DNA from: an uncultured Clostridia bacterium
GTDB taxonomy: Bacteria > Bacillota > Clostridia > Christensenellales > CAG-917
Length of the DNA stretch: 64,000 nucleotides
NCBI GenBank assembly: GCA_944349635.1
Contig: CALVNH010000001.1
Span: forward strand, 435,688-499,687
Direction: 5' to 3'
The number at the start of each line of letters is the position of its first letter. Position 1 is the stretch's first letter. The notes below the pieces were generated by a model, which worked only from the letters and a program-made list of their open reading frames with translations, searched no databases and was not told the origin of the DNA. The position numbers were made by a program, and so were the translations under genes. Positions 61,733 through 64,000 of the stretch are shown piece after piece.

Positions 61733-62749
61733 ATGACGGGTTTCGTTGTATCCGCATTTACGGCGACGGCAAAGGCGTTGACCGCGGCGGGCGGTTTGTT
61801 TGTCGTTTTTTGTCTGGCGGCGCTGGTCGTGTTGCTTCTGGCGGACGCAAGGCGGAGAAAATCTGTCCGTGAGGAAAAGAAGCCTGTTCTTCCTTTTGAC
61901 GAAACGTCGGAAGTCCCGGGCGCGGAGAAACGCGAAGAGTCGTGGTCGACTCGCGAAGATGGCGGTGATGACAACAACGTCGGCACCGACGCAGAAAGTT
62001 GCGCCGACGTGAAAATCACGGCGCAAACGGAATTGCCGCGGACAGTCGCACCCGAAACGGACAAGGAAGCAGACGGGGGCGGGTCGTGTTCCGAAGGGCC
62101 TCGCGACGAGTCGGAATTTGCAAATCCGTGCGAGGAAGGGTACGGGGAAGATTTAAGTGACGGAACGTATGTCACTCCCTCTCTCGAAGAGCTTTTTCCG
62201 TATGACGACGAAGAAGATTACGACGTCGAAGCCTTCGCCGAGGAAGAGCTTGCCGAGGACGGTATAGCGGAAAAAAGAGCGTGGGGAGCAAAGCTGACTT
62301 TCGTGCAGAAGATGAAGGCGACCACTCCCGAAAACAAGGCTATATACAATGCCGTCAAGAACGATTTGCTGTCCTATCGGGGAGTGAAATCCAGAATCGT
62401 CGGCGGAGGGGATTACTTCAGGAAGAGGGGCAAGCAACTCGCAAAAATAGTGCTTATAGGCAGTACGTTGCGTCTTGCGCTGGCGCTTGACCCCGCGGCA
62501 TACGATTACAACATCTATCACCAGCGCGACAGAAGCGGAATGAAGAAATACGCCGACACGCCGATGTTCGTCAAAATCCGTTCCAGGGTGGGAGTATACC
62601 GTGCTTGCGGACTCATAGCGGATATGATGGCGGCGGAGGGTAAGCGCAGGAACGGAAGATACATCGCACTCGATTATGCGCGAGAAATTATGATGACGAC
62701 GGAGGAGAGCGTCGTCGCGGTAAGGACGACACCGCACGACGCACGGTAA
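61733..62749 (+). CDS. Membrane-anchored hypothetical protein with acidic linker and uncharacterised C-terminal domain
   Basis: N-terminal TM followed by RRRK, D/E-rich linker, and a domain paralogous to 57550..58212. Confidence 0.75.
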   Translation: MTGFVVSAFTATAKALTAAGGLFVVFCLAALVVLLLADARRRKSVREEKKPVLPFDETSEVPGAEKREESWSTREDGGDDNNVGTDAESCADVKITAQTELPRTVAPETDKEADGGGSCSEGPRDESEFANPCEEGYGEDLSDGTYVTPSLEELFPYDDEEDYDVEAFAEEELAEDGIAEKRAWGAKLTFVQKMKATTPENKAIYNAVKNDLLSYRGVKSRIVGGGDYFRKRGKQLAKIVLIGSTLRLALALDPAAYDYNIYHQRDRSGMKKYADTPMFVKIRSRVGVYRACGLIADMMAAEGKRRNGRYIALDYAREIMMTTEESVVAVRTTPHDAR

Positions 62750-62755
62750 GCGCAA

Positions 62756-63961
62756 ATGACGGAAGAGAAACGCACGACCGGTTCAATAATTGCCGAAACC
62801 GAACTGTACGGGGCGCACAACTATCATCCAAAGCGGGTTGTGATTTCCTCTGCCGAAGGCGCCGTGGTGACGGACCCTGAAGGCAGACGTTACTACGATA
62901 TGCTGTCGGCGTACAGCGCGTTGAACTTCGGGCACAGACACCCCGAGATAGTGGCAGCGGCAAAAGAGCAACTTGACCGAGTGACGCTGACGTCCAGGGC
63001 TTTTCACAACGAGCTTCTGGGCAAGTTCTGCAAAAAGCTGTGCGAGCTCACGGGGAAAGAGTGTGTCCTGCCCATGAATACGGGTGCGGAAGCGGTGGAA
63101 ACCGCGCTGAAAGCCGCCCGTCGTTGGGGCGTTATGGAAAAGGGTATCGCAGACGGCGAACAGGAAATAATATGTTGCGACGGCAACTTCCACGGAAGAA
63201 CCGTCACCGTGATTTCCATGAGTACGGACGAAACGGCGAGAAAGGCATTCGGACCGTTCACTCCGGGGTTCAGGGTGGTGGAATACGGCAAGGCGGCGGC
63301 AATAGCCGATGCCGTCACCGCAAACACGGCGGCGGTCATACTCGAACCCGTGCAGGGGGAGGCCGGCATCATAGTTCCGCCCGAAGGCTATCTGAAAGAG
63401 GTGCGTGAAATCTGCACCCGCAACAACGTGCTCATGATAGCCGACGAAGTTCAGACGGGATTCGCGAGAACGGGTGACATGTTCGCCTGCATGCACGAGG
63501 GCGTGACCCCCGACATATACGTGCTCGGAAAAGCGTTGGGCGGCGGGATTATGCCTGTCAGTGCGGTTGTGGCGGACCGCGACGTTCTCGGACTGTTCGA
63601 ACCCGGCTCTCACGGTTCCACGTTCGGCGGCAACCCGCTGGCTTGCGCGGTTGCGCTGAAAGCCATGGAGATTCTCGTGCGTGACGATTATCCCGCAACG
63701 GCGCGTCGCAAGGGCGAAAAGTTCGTTGCCGCATTGAGGGAAATCCGGAACCCCGAAATCGTCGATATAAGAGGCAGAGGACTGCTGGTGGGAGTCGAGT
63801 TTTCCGTGCCTGCCGCACCTTATGTCGAAAGACTGATAGAAAACGGCATTCTTGCAAAAGAAACACACGAAAGGACGGTGCGCTTTGCGCCTCCCGTCAA
63901 CATAAGTGACGCCGAACTGGACGACGCGCTGCAACGCATCAAGAGGGCTCTGACCAGATGA
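62756..63961 (+). CDS. rocD: Ornithine--oxo-acid aminotransferase
   Basis: GAHNYHP, SAYSALNFGH, LTSRAF, DEVQTG, LGKALGGG and HGSTFGGNPLA. Confidence 0.94.
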   Translation: MTEEKRTTGSIIAETELYGAHNYHPKRVVISSAEGAVVTDPEGRRYYDMLSAYSALNFGHRHPEIVAAAKEQLDRVTLTSRAFHNELLGKFCKKLCELTGKECVLPMNTGAEAVETALKAARRWGVMEKGIADGEQEIICCDGNFHGRTVTVISMSTDETARKAFGPFTPGFRVVEYGKAAAIADAVTANTAAVILEPVQGEAGIIVPPEGYLKEVREICTRNNVLMIADEVQTGFARTGDMFACMHEGVTPDIYVLGKALGGGIMPVSAVVADRDVLGLFEPGSHGSTFGGNPLACAVALKAMEILVRDDYPATARRKGEKFVAALREIRNPEIVDIRGRGLLVGVEFSVPAAPYVERLIENGILAKETHERTVRFAPPVNISDAELDDALQRIKRALTR

Positions 63962-64000
63962 AAGAAAAAACGGAAGAAATACCGAACGTCGCAACCGAAG

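Overview
Core chromosomal, origin-proximal region of a moderately GC-rich, probably spore-forming Firmicute (Clostridia-like; the lineage is an inference from gene content and sigA/sigE-type promoters). I found no phage, IS, CRISPR, rRNA or tRNA. Housekeeping genes include rsmG (partial), mtnN, nagB, galU, glmM, hsp20 (with a CIRCE), gyrB-gyrA, uppP, ychF, argS, rpmH-rnpA-yidD-yidC-jag-mnmE-mnmG, trxB, asnS-asnA-aspS, radC, gltX, a two-component system and rocD. There are also GH13 and GH27 glycosidases, sporulation genes (cwlD-like, sipL-like, veg, PRC-barrel), several proteases and uncharacterised lipoproteins. Main observations: (1) a ~3.3 kb gene-free tract with three parS sites and a local strand-skew and gene-orientation switch, lying between rsmG and gyrBA, with no dnaA/dnaN/recF and a scrambled origin gene order; (2) a palindromic 4-box DnaA cluster about 44 kb away; (3) an unannotated ~105-nt sRNA with its own promoter, terminator and C-rich motifs; (4) two paralogues of an uncharacterised ~115-aa domain flanking a two-component system, one fused to a Cys4 module and one membrane-tethered; (5) an M28 peptidase homologue that has lost its metal ligands; (6) a GH27 with a CBM-like domain inserted inside the catalytic barrel. 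All calls come from reading the sequence; no database searches were run.
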